Source of the DNA: a virus
Taxonomy: Duplodnaviria; Caudoviricetes
Length of the DNA: 52,948 nt
Reading direction: 5' to 3' (one strand)
IMG/VR virus record: IMGVR_UViG_3300030451_004849
Coordinates: 1 to 52,948 of that record
Part shown: piece by piece, positions 21,301 to 29,136 of the stretch
How positions within the stretch are numbered: position 1 is the first letter of the stretch
Layout of the letters: the number at the start of each line of letters is the position of its first letter
The notes under the pieces: generated by a model
Database searches by the model: none
Told to the model about the DNA's origin: nothing
The model's input: only the letters and a program-made list of their open reading frames with translations
Translations under genes and position numbers: made by a program

Positions 21301-22794
21301 ATATTTAGAAGGTGTGATTACTGTTGGCGTAAAAGGAAGTTTAGTAGTAGATTGTACTTGAACACCTAGATCAGTATTGCTTGTCGAATTACTACTAGTA
21401 TCTATAGCAAATAAATCCATCATTCCATCTGCTATACCATATACTTTGAGAGAATCTATAGCTTCTCCTAATGTTGATCCATGCCTATTGTAAGACAACC
21501 AAGAAAGATTAAATACTGTTTGACCATCATCTATAGGATAAACTTCTGCATCTTCTAATCTATAATCACCTACAGACTCGTCAAATTGTTTATGATCTAA
21601 TTTTCCAAACCATTTAGTTTTAGCTCCTTCAGTATTTCCACAACCTATATATATGTGAGCATTATTTTTAGTTAAAGACACATCTTCTGGCTCATTAGGT
21701 ATATCAAAATGGACAGTTTCATCATTTATAGTAGTATTAGCAAGAATTTCTTTTTCGCCGTATATATCTGATAAAATTTTCATTCTATAGGTTGTTCCAG
21801 CACCTGTATCAGTTTCTGGATCATAACCTGGAAATGTTACATCATTTTCAGTTACAGAATAAAAAGCTATATTGTCTTTATTTTCAGAATTAAATAGTTC
21901 CATTTCCGTAGCATTAACTTCTAAATACGACGTAACATCTTCAACAACCTTATACGGACCTGTAGAACCTCCAATATTTTCATTTAAAGTATTAGGCCTT
22001 GTTTCATCTTCAGTAAAAGTTCCATAAGAACCGTGAGTTTTTAAACTTACATTCATATGCTTTACTTCAAACTCAGTACCATTATTAGTATATTTTGCAT
22101 CAAATAACAACTCTAAAGACCTGTAAGGCGGAAGAAGTCTTAATGGCACAGGATCTCCACTGCTATAAGATGCTCCATTATCTGCGTCATGAGTAGATGT
22201 GTGACTTGTTATAAATTCTTCTCTGTCATTAGCTACATTAAATTCAGTTACGTTCTCCAATGGATATGGATACTCTGTTCCTTTTTCACCTCTAGCAAGC
22301 TGAACTGTTAAACTTGGTGCAGATAATGCATCTAAATATGTTTTTATGTCAACATAATGCTGGTCATTTTGCATTTTATATATTTGAGCATCAGTAATAT
22401 TAGCTATACCGCTATTATCTACTGGAGACCAATTTATAGTATGAGTAATAGGTGTAGTTCCTAAGCCTCCATGATTAAAGGTTATAGTATAAGGCCATCC
22501 TCCTAGTAAAGAGTTTCCTGTCGCATCACGATAAGCATATGTGCTTTCATCTGCATAATCAAACCAACTGCCGCTACCTCCACTAATTACATCTGGGTGA
22601 GTTAACTTAAAAATTATAAGTTCTTCATTAGGCAATACTTTTATATGCTCTTTAACGCCTTTTAATTTGCCTTCCTCTGATATAGGGTCTATATTCTTAC
22701 TATATATTGCCGACTCTTCTTGTACATCAGTATCTGCAGCAGCACTTTTAGTTCCTGCCTGAAATCTTCTCAATTCTTTTAATTGCTTTGGCAT
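18331..22794 (-). CDS. Tail nozzle / head-stabilisation protein (P22 gp10-like) with large insertion
   Basis: N-terminal MPKQLKELRRF..G...SKNIDP...GKL; C-terminal propeller-like region with GVGC, FFCD and IDFGFATVDKKIKK motifs typical of podovirus nozzle proteins. Confidence 0.6.
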   Translation of the reverse strand: MPKQLKELRRFQAGTKSAAADTDVQEESAIYSKNIDPISEEGKLKGVKEHIKVLPNEELIIFKLTHPDVISGGSGSWFDYADESTYAYRDATGNSLLGGWPYTITFNHGGLGTTPITHTINWSPVDNSGIANITDAQIYKMQNDQHYVDIKTYLDALSAPSLTVQLARGEKGTEYPYPLENVTEFNVANDREEFITSHTSTHDADNGASYSSGDPVPLRLLPPYRSLELLFDAKYTNNGTEFEVKHMNVSLKTHGSYGTFTEDETRPNTLNENIGGSTGPYKVVEDVTSYLEVNATEMELFNSENKDNIAFYSVTENDVTFPGYDPETDTGAGTTYRMKILSDIYGEKEILANTTINDETVHFDIPNEPEDVSLTKNNAHIYIGCGNTEGAKTKWFGKLDHKQFDESVGDYRLEDAEVYPIDDGQTVFNLSWLSYNRHGSTLGEAIDSLKVYGIADGMMDLFAIDTSSNSTSNTDLGVQVQSTTKLPFTPTVITPSKYQWANNYNRTTESDWTAADNTTIYSSHTHDANTTYWWASNKYKEGIQLFYSKFDTSANTLDVTTGLSGSAIQFNFTRPPGAGTKVQDIIETYDGSTYRVWVLFTKKDFGPFTWDEEFVYSFDVSDINWSGNSVTLHEHTPPALKMKKCNAWNLGANSGYSVYCDEVSQNINFGSLPYVCTEGAGYSARQNKLKYRGVDELGDPGDNDWSSLNGRHWHRNGIANWDMGYDGGFDKSVDYEINPHPKGLIDLGHGHRIGMLAHLKGKYVTDMGEMDTARRSKWPKRWYYAYPVRNSSTIDLDETMLFFIDPEHKGVRHRRVSRGLDPSTGYATSWDSDSDTYAIRQSNYKLDSSSDKINMMARRFASATIATGYPGWNDINRLPDNIANIISTNKIMAQSSTTNFWFSVKGEKTNSTVLQRYTYSYPDRTGTEPIDSTIPVGPVNGTDFVPMIFEDLGSSTFAHDYASGNERFFLSPRMGQYINAEANYNPSTGWIAPTDLSSNEGSDLYLDTYAHYHEHSELPYGIALQDGDATDVVDGSAEPGNFNAGTNYYYKMSVLYDGFQESPLTTFYFVYSPTANCNTVIMTVKLESPPPRATHVMIYRKNNVEDFYRMVSELDLSTGWGKSGDMFFKVEVDDGNLSGTYESITGMPESMRGTGINYKLSTTAGGYLIAGNCFHPEIKNGQNFIYRSQPGNYSIFNWARDYLILPNEPTALAYFAGRLFAFDRSNMYKIDVNSLIIEDEHKGVGCFGEQSYIITDFGFFFCDANNMYMHNGSQVQAIGTDILKNAKFDETNTIKSNWHNINHAYDPYVAYDAFNQTVMFMWEDTNGDKGSWNYNIPRNRWDLIDIPRPLSFAQGKFGERFLSDGTYLYQLNEDSSRSKFTHYTPSIDFGFATVDKKIKKIKFIMNNTTDVANAEYHLKVYSDDVLLYECNHDDSSHTSSAKKFKDEEHEREYRMPKNKTKKLRLEIINSNVEIDSIAITYIQRKVD

Positions 22795-23058
22795 TTATCT
22801 CTTCTTTAATAAGTTTGTTACTATTTTAACAAGTGCGTCATAAGATGCACTCATTTTTTTCACTTCAAGTTGTAATTTCTTTTGCTGGTCAATTAACTTT
22901 ACTATTATAGCTTCTAATCTAGTAAATTGTTGACTTAAATCTTTAGCTAAATCATCTTGTATATATTTGTTTTGCTTCCATATGAAGTAACCGAACGCTA
23001 CAGCTACTGCAACTGGAACACCAAATTGCTCGAGCAAAGTTATTGGATCCATTATCAC
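22795..23058 (-). CDS. Holin-like membrane protein (one N-terminal TM plus coiled coil)
   Basis: LLEQFGVPVAVAVAFGYFIWK followed by a coiled coil; BhlA/UviB-like architecture. Confidence 0.55.
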   Translation of the reverse strand: MIMDPITLLEQFGVPVAVAVAFGYFIWKQNKYIQDDLAKDLSQQFTRLEAIIVKLIDQQKKLQLEVKKMSASYDALVKIVTNLLKKR

Positions 23059-23807
23059 CCCTCAATTAACACTCCGCCCAGAATTGTTTTTCCATTTTTA
23101 ATTTCAATTACTTCAACAAAACTCTTTTGTCCATGAAAAGTTACTATTGCAAAAGCTTGAGCCCAATTAATAGGTCTCCCCCCTATAAATTCGTTAGCTT
23201 CCCTTTTCATATCCTTTAAGCAGCCTATACTATAAGCTGCTATTTTTCCTTCAGCCGACCTATCTGAATATACTTGAATATCATGATGATGTCCATACAT
23301 TATATTTCTTTTATACTGCTTACAATGTGCTGCAGCATGATGCATTCCACCATAATTATGACCATGATAAAAGGTCATATCCCCTATAGTTAACAAGTCG
23401 CCTGCCCTATGGAATTTATAATCTCTTTCCTCTAGTTTTAAAGCTGTTTTACAAGAATACTGAGGAAGGTATGGATAAGTATCTACAAAATAGTCTAGCC
23501 ATAATTCATGATTTCCTTGTATAAAATGTTTTTCTTTTACGTTTGCTTTATCTAGACTTTCATCTATTATATCCATTCCCTTGTTAACTTCATTTACGTC
23601 TGTGATAACTTCTGGTAAGTACCATTCTAGATTTGGTTTTGCTTTGTTTTTCCACTTCCATCTAGAAACACTTGACCATTCACCTGTATCACCTAGGTCA
23701 ATATATCCATCAGGCTTGATTGCCTCGATAGCTTTGCAGACTACATTAATGCTCTTCTTGTCATGAAGAGGAAAATGCTTGTCTGGCGTTACAATGTATT
23801 TCTTCAT
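23055..23807 (-). CDS. Calcineurin-like metallophosphoesterase
   Basis: Motifs PDKH, LGD, GNHE, HGH, GHHH; likely start MKKYIV at 23807. Confidence 0.85.
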   Translation of the reverse strand: MKKYIVTPDKHFPLHDKKSINVVCKAIEAIKPDGYIDLGDTGEWSSVSRWKWKNKAKPNLEWYLPEVITDVNEVNKGMDIIDESLDKANVKEKHFIQGNHELWLDYFVDTYPYLPQYSCKTALKLEERDYKFHRAGDLLTIGDMTFYHGHNYGGMHHAAAHCKQYKRNIMYGHHHDIQVYSDRSAEGKIAAYSIGCLKDMKREANEFIGGRPINWAQAFAIVTFHGQKSFVEVIEIKNGKTILGGVLIEG

Positions 23808-24175
23808 TAGTTTACATTCTCCGTTGTATCTAACCAATCATTAGGATTGGTCCATAGTTTGCTGCCTTCTTCAAGCATTTTTTCTGTATAGCTTCCTGTA
23901 TATTTTAGGTGTAAGTGCTCACAATCATCGCAAATCCAAAATAGATTGTCTTTATTGCAAGCACCTAATATTTCTAAAGCTACTATTCTTTTACTCTTAC
24001 ACTTATTACAACATTCAGGTTTTTTCTTATAGACTTTATCGTCTTTTTTAACTCCAACTTGTCCAAGTCTTGTCGAAGAATTATTATTTATAACTATATC
24101 TGAATAAACAGTTATTTCTGTGTAGTCTAACAATTCTACTTTTTTCCTAACAGTTGCGATTTTACTTTTGCCCAT
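23807..24175 (-). CDS. Zinc-ribbon protein
   Basis: CNKC...CDDC; start uncertain. Confidence 0.6.
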   Translation of the reverse strand: MGKSKIATVRKKVELLDYTEITVYSDIVINNNSSTRLGQVGVKKDDKVYKKKPECCNKCKSKRIVALEILGACNKDNLFWICDDCEHLHLKYTGSYTEKMLEEGSKLWTNPNDWLDTTENVN

Positions 24176-24315
24176 ACTTTATCGTCCAATTTGTTTTTAG
24201 AACTTTTAACAAGTAGATCTCCTAAGCTGGTCACGATTTTTATTTTTATTTTTTCACCTATAAGTCCTTTTGCTGCAGCTTTTAGAATTTTACCTGCGAT
24301 AATCTTGCCTACCAC
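24136..24315 (-). CDS. Small hypothetical protein (59 aa), not in ORF track
   Basis: GTG start coupled to the upstream TAG; MVGKIIAGKILK...LGDLLVKSSKNKLDDKVWAKVK. Confidence 0.6.
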   Translation of the reverse strand: MVGKIIAGKILKAAAKGLIGEKIKIKIVTSLGDLLVKSSKNKLDDKVWAKVKSQLLGKK

Positions 24316-24488
24316 TATTCTAAGATTTTAGCTTTAATTACATCTTCTACAGAGTCGTATATAGCTGTAAGTATTTTTTCCTCTGTTTTTTCAGATATAA
24401 TAGGTACATCGATATTCTCATTTAAAGCTTTAATGATTTTTTCTTTCATCTCATCATTAAATAAGTAATCTGCTATTAGTTGCTTCAT
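24315..24488 (-). CDS. Small hypothetical protein (57 aa), not in ORF track
   Basis: RBS AAGGAGG; MKQLIADYLFNDEMKEKIIKALNENIDVPIISEKTEEKIL... Confidence 0.7.
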   Translation of the reverse strand: MKQLIADYLFNDEMKEKIIKALNENIDVPIISEKTEEKILTAIYDSVEDVIKAKILE

Positions 24489-24643
24489 TTTACCTCCTTG
24501 TATATTTTAATTAACATAAATATTAAAGTTGCTAGTGCCGCTAATGCACTAAAAAGCGGTGGAACCCATTCGGTCCAATATAAAGTATGAGATGTTGCAG
24601 ATCCAACTACTCCTACTGCTGAAGTTTTTAATGTGTCTATCAT
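24485..24643 (-). CDS. Small membrane protein, holin-like (52 aa), not in ORF track
   Basis: MIDTLKTSAVGVVGSA...WVPPLFSALAALATLIFMLIKIYKEVK; ATGA overlaps at both ends. Confidence 0.6.
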   Translation of the reverse strand: MIDTLKTSAVGVVGSATSHTLYWTEWVPPLFSALAALATLIFMLIKIYKEVK

Positions 24644-25122
24644 TTTTTATTTGTTACCTTTGTAAGTGTCTCCGACATTGTATATCTAGTACCATTTGAT
24701 AAAAGTACAGTAGTATCTAATGTTGCAGCACCAGTTTTTGCATTAACGTTTACCATTTTTGTAATTTGTGCAGTTACCTTACTGATGTTTGTTCCTACAC
24801 CACTTGCTCTTCCAGCATTTAAATTTGATAATTGCTGTGCTTGAGTAGTAGTTATGCCCGTTTTAGCAGTATTGTCTACAATTGCACTTGCTTGTGCACT
24901 TGTTATACCAGTTTTAGCAGTATTTAAAGCAATATCAGACTTCATATTTGAAACATCTGTAATATGCTCGTTTGTTTTATCGATGCTTATGTTAAGCTTA
25001 TCAAATAATTGTTTAGCATATTCAGGAATTTGGTCGTAATCTACTACAGACTCATCCCCTGATTCAAGTTTAGCCTGATCTGACTCACTATGATTTTTCC
25101 ATTCGTCTTTAGATATTGCCAT
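24640..25122 (-). CDS. Tail-fibre-associated protein with NTAKTGIT repeats
   Basis: Start MAISKDEW at a TAATG overlap; two NTAKTGIT repeats in a coiled coil. Confidence 0.6.
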   Translation of the reverse strand: MAISKDEWKNHSESDQAKLESGDESVVDYDQIPEYAKQLFDKLNISIDKTNEHITDVSNMKSDIALNTAKTGITSAQASAIVDNTAKTGITTTQAQQLSNLNAGRASGVGTNISKVTAQITKMVNVNAKTGAATLDTTVLLSNGTRYTMSETLTKVTNKK

Positions 25123-25694
25123 TAATATTTTATCCTTATTCCCGTTGTTAGGTACCAATATGTACTATCTATACCTGTATTTCCTGGTTTTGCAGTAGCC
25201 ATTACATGCAATGAATCTCCTTTGTTTAAAGAGCATGCAGCGCTACTTACTATGGTCCCATCTCTATATTCATGAAGAGAACTTGTATCTGCTGCTGCAT
25301 CATAATCAATAAACCCTATATTATCTAAAGTAGTATCGCCATCTGCACTAGCCGAATTACTTGTTACGGGAGTATGTTTCCATATTACCAGTCTCACATC
25401 CATATTTGTACCAGCTTGTTCTCCAAATCCTCCAAAACCATCAACTGTACAATCTTGCATTGCTATAAACACTGGACTTCTATATATTGGCCACCCATAA
25501 GAGCTAGTATCACTGTATGAACCAGGCATACCTCCAGTTGGTATATTTGTAGATAAACCATAAACTCTAGATGAAGCAGTTGAGTTGTCTGTATATCCAG
25601 TTACAAAAATAGAAGAACTAAAGCCGCTATATCTTTTTTGCACTGTTACAGTTTCGTAGGTTCCCCCAGTTACTACTTTTTCCCACTTAGCCAT
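25122..25694 (-). CDS. Putative small tail-fibre/head-domain protein
   Basis: Beta-rich 190 aa; N-terminus MAKWEKVVT resembles MANWKKVVT of 25886-27268. Confidence 0.55.
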   Translation of the reverse strand: MAKWEKVVTGGTYETVTVQKRYSGFSSSIFVTGYTDNSTASSRVYGLSTNIPTGGMPGSYSDTSSYGWPIYRSPVFIAMQDCTVDGFGGFGEQAGTNMDVRLVIWKHTPVTSNSASADGDTTLDNIGFIDYDAAADTSSLHEYRDGTIVSSAACSLNKGDSLHVMATAKPGNTGIDSTYWYLTTGIRIKY

Positions 25695-25873
25695 TAAACT
25701 TGCGCCTTATAGCTCATTAAGCTAGTATGTATTTTTATTACTTTTTCCATTAGTTTTGAGGCTAATGCAACCTGAGAGCCTTTGAAATCGGTATCATTTA
25801 GTATCCTAAGTAACAAATCTGTTTCTTCTATATTAAACGATACCTTTTCACTTTTATTAACTAATCCGCTCAT
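25694..25873 (-). CDS. Small hypothetical protein (59 aa), possible fibre chaperone; not in ORF track
   Basis: RBS AAGGAG; MSGLVNKSEKVSFNIEETDLLLRILNDTDFKGSQ... Confidence 0.65.
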   Translation of the reverse strand: MSGLVNKSEKVSFNIEETDLLLRILNDTDFKGSQVALASKLMEKVIKIHTSLMSYKAQV

Positions 25874-25885
25874 TATACTCCTTTA

Positions 25886-27268
25886 TTAATCTTCAACTCT
25901 TAGATATAAAACGCCATTATCGTATTGCATATGTCCAACAGGAACTTCTGTTGAGCTAGCGTCGTAACCGCCATCAATCCTTACTTGCATAATATCAGCT
26001 GAGTAACCACCTATTTCAGCAGTTCCATCATCGGTACTACCTACTACCCATCTTCCAGTAGTATCATCTGCCCCTGCTGTAACATCATACCAAAGATTAG
26101 CATTATTACCAGAAGAACTTCCAAGTTGAACTACAAACCCTGCATCTACTGCTGTTCCAGTTAAATCAGAGTTTAATACTAATGTATTATCAGCTATTTC
26201 TAATGTCTCTGTAGAAGTTGTAATGGTTGTACCTGATACTGTTAAATCTCCAGCCATAGTAACATTACCATTATTATCTACTGAGAATTTTTCCTGATTA
26301 ATACTATTTTTTACTTTTAACGTGCCTCCAACTGCTTGCACATTTGCACCTGTAATAGTGTTAGGCCCTGCAGATATATTTCCACCTGCTGTAATGCTAC
26401 CAGTAGATGTAACTTCACCAGCTTCAGTTACTTTAAATTCAATATTGCCATCATGGTCTTGAATTTCAAATTGAGCTGTATGTGCACTAGTATCTTCATC
26501 AGAATCTAATTTTATAATGCAATCTTGTACCGCATTAATAGTAAAATCAATATCTGTTTCTATATTGTTACACTTAATTCCATTATTACTTACGTCAAGA
26601 CCATCGCCGTCTAAAGTAGCCATTATTGAGCTAGTTCCGCTGTTTACCCACCTTCTGAAAGTAAGTTTGCTCTCACTATGGTCTGCATAAATATCGAATC
26701 TACTAGCAGAAGTTGCATTATTATTAGCAGCTAATCTTAATATTGCGTCTTCTGTTCCACTTGAAGGTCCATATATTTGCAGCTGAGTACCTACTTGAAC
26801 ACTTCCTGTAAATGTACATAAATCATCAGCTTGGTTTCCAATTGTAAATCCACCCCCTGCGTCTGCATTTAAATCACTAGGAAAGTTAAATCCTGCATCT
26901 GCTCCCCAAGATATATCTGTACCATCTGATCTTAAAATTTGTCCATTTGAGCCAACATCTAATAATGCTGGGTTTCCATTTGTATCACCATATATTATTT
27001 TACCTCTAGCAATTCCTGCTAATTTTGCCATTGTAATTGCGTTATCTGATACTGTAGTTGCTGTAGTTGCAGTGGCTGCGTTTCCACTTGTGTCTTGCGT
27101 TCCAGACTGATTAACACCAGGCAGGTTAATATTTGCGGTACCATCAAATGATACCCCACCAATATTTCTTGCTGTTTCTAAAGCTGTTGCTGTTGCGGCG
27201 TTACCAGAAGTCGCTTGAGATATAGTATTCGCAGACGACTCAGTAACGACCTTTTTCCAGTTTGCCAT
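25886..27268 (-). CDS. Tail fibre protein
   Basis: GNAATATALETARNIGGVSFDGTANI repeat typical of phage fibres; Gly/Thr-rich. Confidence 0.75.
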   Translation of the reverse strand: MANWKKVVTESSANTISQATSGNAATATALETARNIGGVSFDGTANINLPGVNQSGTQDTSGNAATATTATTVSDNAITMAKLAGIARGKIIYGDTNGNPALLDVGSNGQILRSDGTDISWGADAGFNFPSDLNADAGGGFTIGNQADDLCTFTGSVQVGTQLQIYGPSSGTEDAILRLAANNNATSASRFDIYADHSESKLTFRRWVNSGTSSIMATLDGDGLDVSNNGIKCNNIETDIDFTINAVQDCIIKLDSDEDTSAHTAQFEIQDHDGNIEFKVTEAGEVTSTGSITAGGNISAGPNTITGANVQAVGGTLKVKNSINQEKFSVDNNGNVTMAGDLTVSGTTITTSTETLEIADNTLVLNSDLTGTAVDAGFVVQLGSSSGNNANLWYDVTAGADDTTGRWVVGSTDDGTAEIGGYSADIMQVRIDGGYDASSTEVPVGHMQYDNGVLYLRVED

Positions 27269-27281
27269 TATGTTTACCCTC

Positions 27282-27596
27282 CTATAGGTATATTTTTAGT
27301 TCGCCGTTAATCTGAGCCATCATTCCTACAACAGGCGTGCTTGGCTCACTCGTTTGATTAACAAAAGTTAAATTTGTTGCACCTTGAGCAGTAAGAGTTA
27401 AAACAGAACTTACACCTTTTTTAAAAGTTAAATTCTCTTTAGACGCTGTAGTACTCCATTCTTGTCCTAAATTCCATGTATTAGTAGTTCCTGTAGTATT
27501 TTGCCATAATTGAAAAGTAGGCGATGTTACAGGAGTTACATCAGTTCCTGTTTGGAAAGTAGAAGTTGAGTTTATTTGCCTTCTTTGAAATGCCAT
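27282..27596 (-). CDS. Hypothetical structural protein
   Basis: 104-aa Thr-rich ORF in the tail cluster. Confidence 0.55.
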   Translation of the reverse strand: MAFQRRQINSTSTFQTGTDVTPVTSPTFQLWQNTTGTTNTWNLGQEWSTTASKENLTFKKGVSSVLTLTAQGATNLTFVNQTSEPSTPVVGMMAQINGELKIYL

Positions 27597-27597
27597 A

Positions 27598-27996
27598 TTA
27601 ATATGTATGAGGCTTTATAACCCCACTCCTCATGTGATTTCTTTTAGCGTATTTCTTACCTTCTCTAACTTGCTCAGCATATAATTGATCATAATACTGA
27701 GACAATTGTAAATTCATAGATTCTCCAGGAAGTCTATATAAATCTGCTATAACTTTAAAAGCTATTGCTTCATGAAATTGAGCAGGAACATCTGTAGGAG
27801 TATCTTCTAAGTTTGTAGTAAAAGGTGTTGCAAGTGCAATATAATGAACAGTTAATATAGATCCTGCTGTTTGAGGAGAGACATATTTGCCTTCCATACT
27901 TTCATCTAAAGAATCAATATTATTCTCTACTATTGCAATTCGTTCACCATCAATAAACCATCTCCATTTACCTTGTATATCTGCTATATTTGCCAT
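27598..27996 (-). CDS. Head-tail adaptor-like protein (C-terminal-half-like)
   Basis: TPTDVPAQFHEAIAFKVIADLY resembles the C-terminal motif of podovirus adaptor/tail-tube A proteins. Confidence 0.55.
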   Translation of the reverse strand: MANIADIQGKWRWFIDGERIAIVENNIDSLDESMEGKYVSPQTAGSILTVHYIALATPFTTNLEDTPTDVPAQFHEAIAFKVIADLYRLPGESMNLQLSQYYDQLYAEQVREGKKYAKRNHMRSGVIKPHTY

Positions 27997-28259
27997 TAAT
28001 CTAAATCTCCTTTAACTGGAGGAGTAACTAATCTAGGTATCTGAACACTATCTATTTCAACCCTTTTAATTGTTAACATTCCTGGGTCTAAATCATACAT
28101 TCTTTTATCTTTTACTATTGTATCTGTAGCAACTGCATCAGTTATAGATGTTTTTGCAGTAAAATCATTTAAAGCTCTATTTAAAGAACTTCTTATTATA
28201 GACTCGCCTTGGTCTGGAAAATGCTGCTGTATAATTTCTATTAGCTCTTTTTGAGTCAT
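27996..28259 (-). CDS. Head-tail adaptor-like protein (N-terminal-half-like)
   Basis: MTQKELIEII...LNRALNDF...YDL..MLTIKRV resembles an adaptor N-terminus. Confidence 0.5.
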   Translation of the reverse strand: MTQKELIEIIQQHFPDQGESIIRSSLNRALNDFTAKTSITDAVATDTIVKDKRMYDLDPGMLTIKRVEIDSVQIPRLVTPPVKGDLD

Positions 28260-29068
28260 TAGTTAGTTTCCCATTCTTGTTGTAGTTTTAATAATCCATC
28301 TTTTATTTCTTGTGTTAAACTTGCAACAACACCTTGAAGTAATTGGTATAATTCTGTATCTTCTTCTTGAGTAGCCATAGTTGCTAGTTTTCTTTCTGCA
28401 ATCTTTAATGCTATTCTTTTTATAAATATATCTTCTGATTCCTCTGGAACATTAGCAATGCTAGTAAATACGTTCCATCCTGAGGTAGTCGTATCTGTGT
28501 CAGCTATTGTTTGTCTAGTGTATAAATATACTTGTATAGTAGAACTTCCGTTTGCTAGTACTGCTGCGTTGTTTCCAGGCCACCCTGTTGTTGCTGGTGC
28601 TGTTTGTAAACTATTAGTAGTATCTGATATTGATTCTATCCAATATACTGGAGAACTATCAGTTGCAAAATATATACTACTAGCATCTAGCGATTTAAAT
28701 GAATCTTCATACGCTATCTCTTTACATGGTTTTTGTATATATCTCTCTGTTGATATACTTGCACCGTCCATAATATGATTCGCTGCTGTTCTTATAACCA
28801 TTAATATTAATTTATCATCTACAGTGTAAGGAGTTCCTTTTCCAGTTGACCATTGTTGTGTTTGAGTGTTATATAAACTAGCACCATTTGGATCAACCTC
28901 TGCTTCTCTCATTAACATCCTTTTGGGTAAAGATGTTGCTATATCCCAAATAGCATCTTCAAACAATTGGTCTAATCCAACCATATCGTCTAGATAGTCA
29001 GTATTTTCCTCGCCTAAAACAGCGATTACTTTTTCTGCAATTGTTCCTGATGTTATTGTATAAGCCAT
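28259..29068 (-). CDS. Putative neck/adaptor protein
   Basis: 269-aa ORF directly downstream of the capsid gene. Confidence 0.5.
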   Translation of the reverse strand: MAYTITSGTIAEKVIAVLGEENTDYLDDMVGLDQLFEDAIWDIATSLPKRMLMREAEVDPNGASLYNTQTQQWSTGKGTPYTVDDKLILMVIRTAANHIMDGASISTERYIQKPCKEIAYEDSFKSLDASSIYFATDSSPVYWIESISDTTNSLQTAPATTGWPGNNAAVLANGSSTIQVYLYTRQTIADTDTTTSGWNVFTSIANVPEESEDIFIKRIALKIAERKLATMATQEEDTELYQLLQGVVASLTQEIKDGLLKLQQEWETN

Positions 29069-29088
29069 TTATTTCCTTTATAAGGTTA

Positions 29089-29108
29089 GGGGTGAAATTA
29101 ATCACCCC
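29089..29108 (-). terminator. Hairpin after the major capsid gene (terminator or stabiliser)
   Basis: ggggtga-aattaa-tcacccc; no strong U-tract. Confidence 0.55.
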
Positions 29109-29136
29109 GTCCCTTGATTGTGTTAACTATTGTTGA

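Noticed and set aside
14540-27268. Diversity-generating retroelement or invertible tail-fibre cassette
   Set aside because: No reverse transcriptase, recombinase or template/variable repeat pair detected
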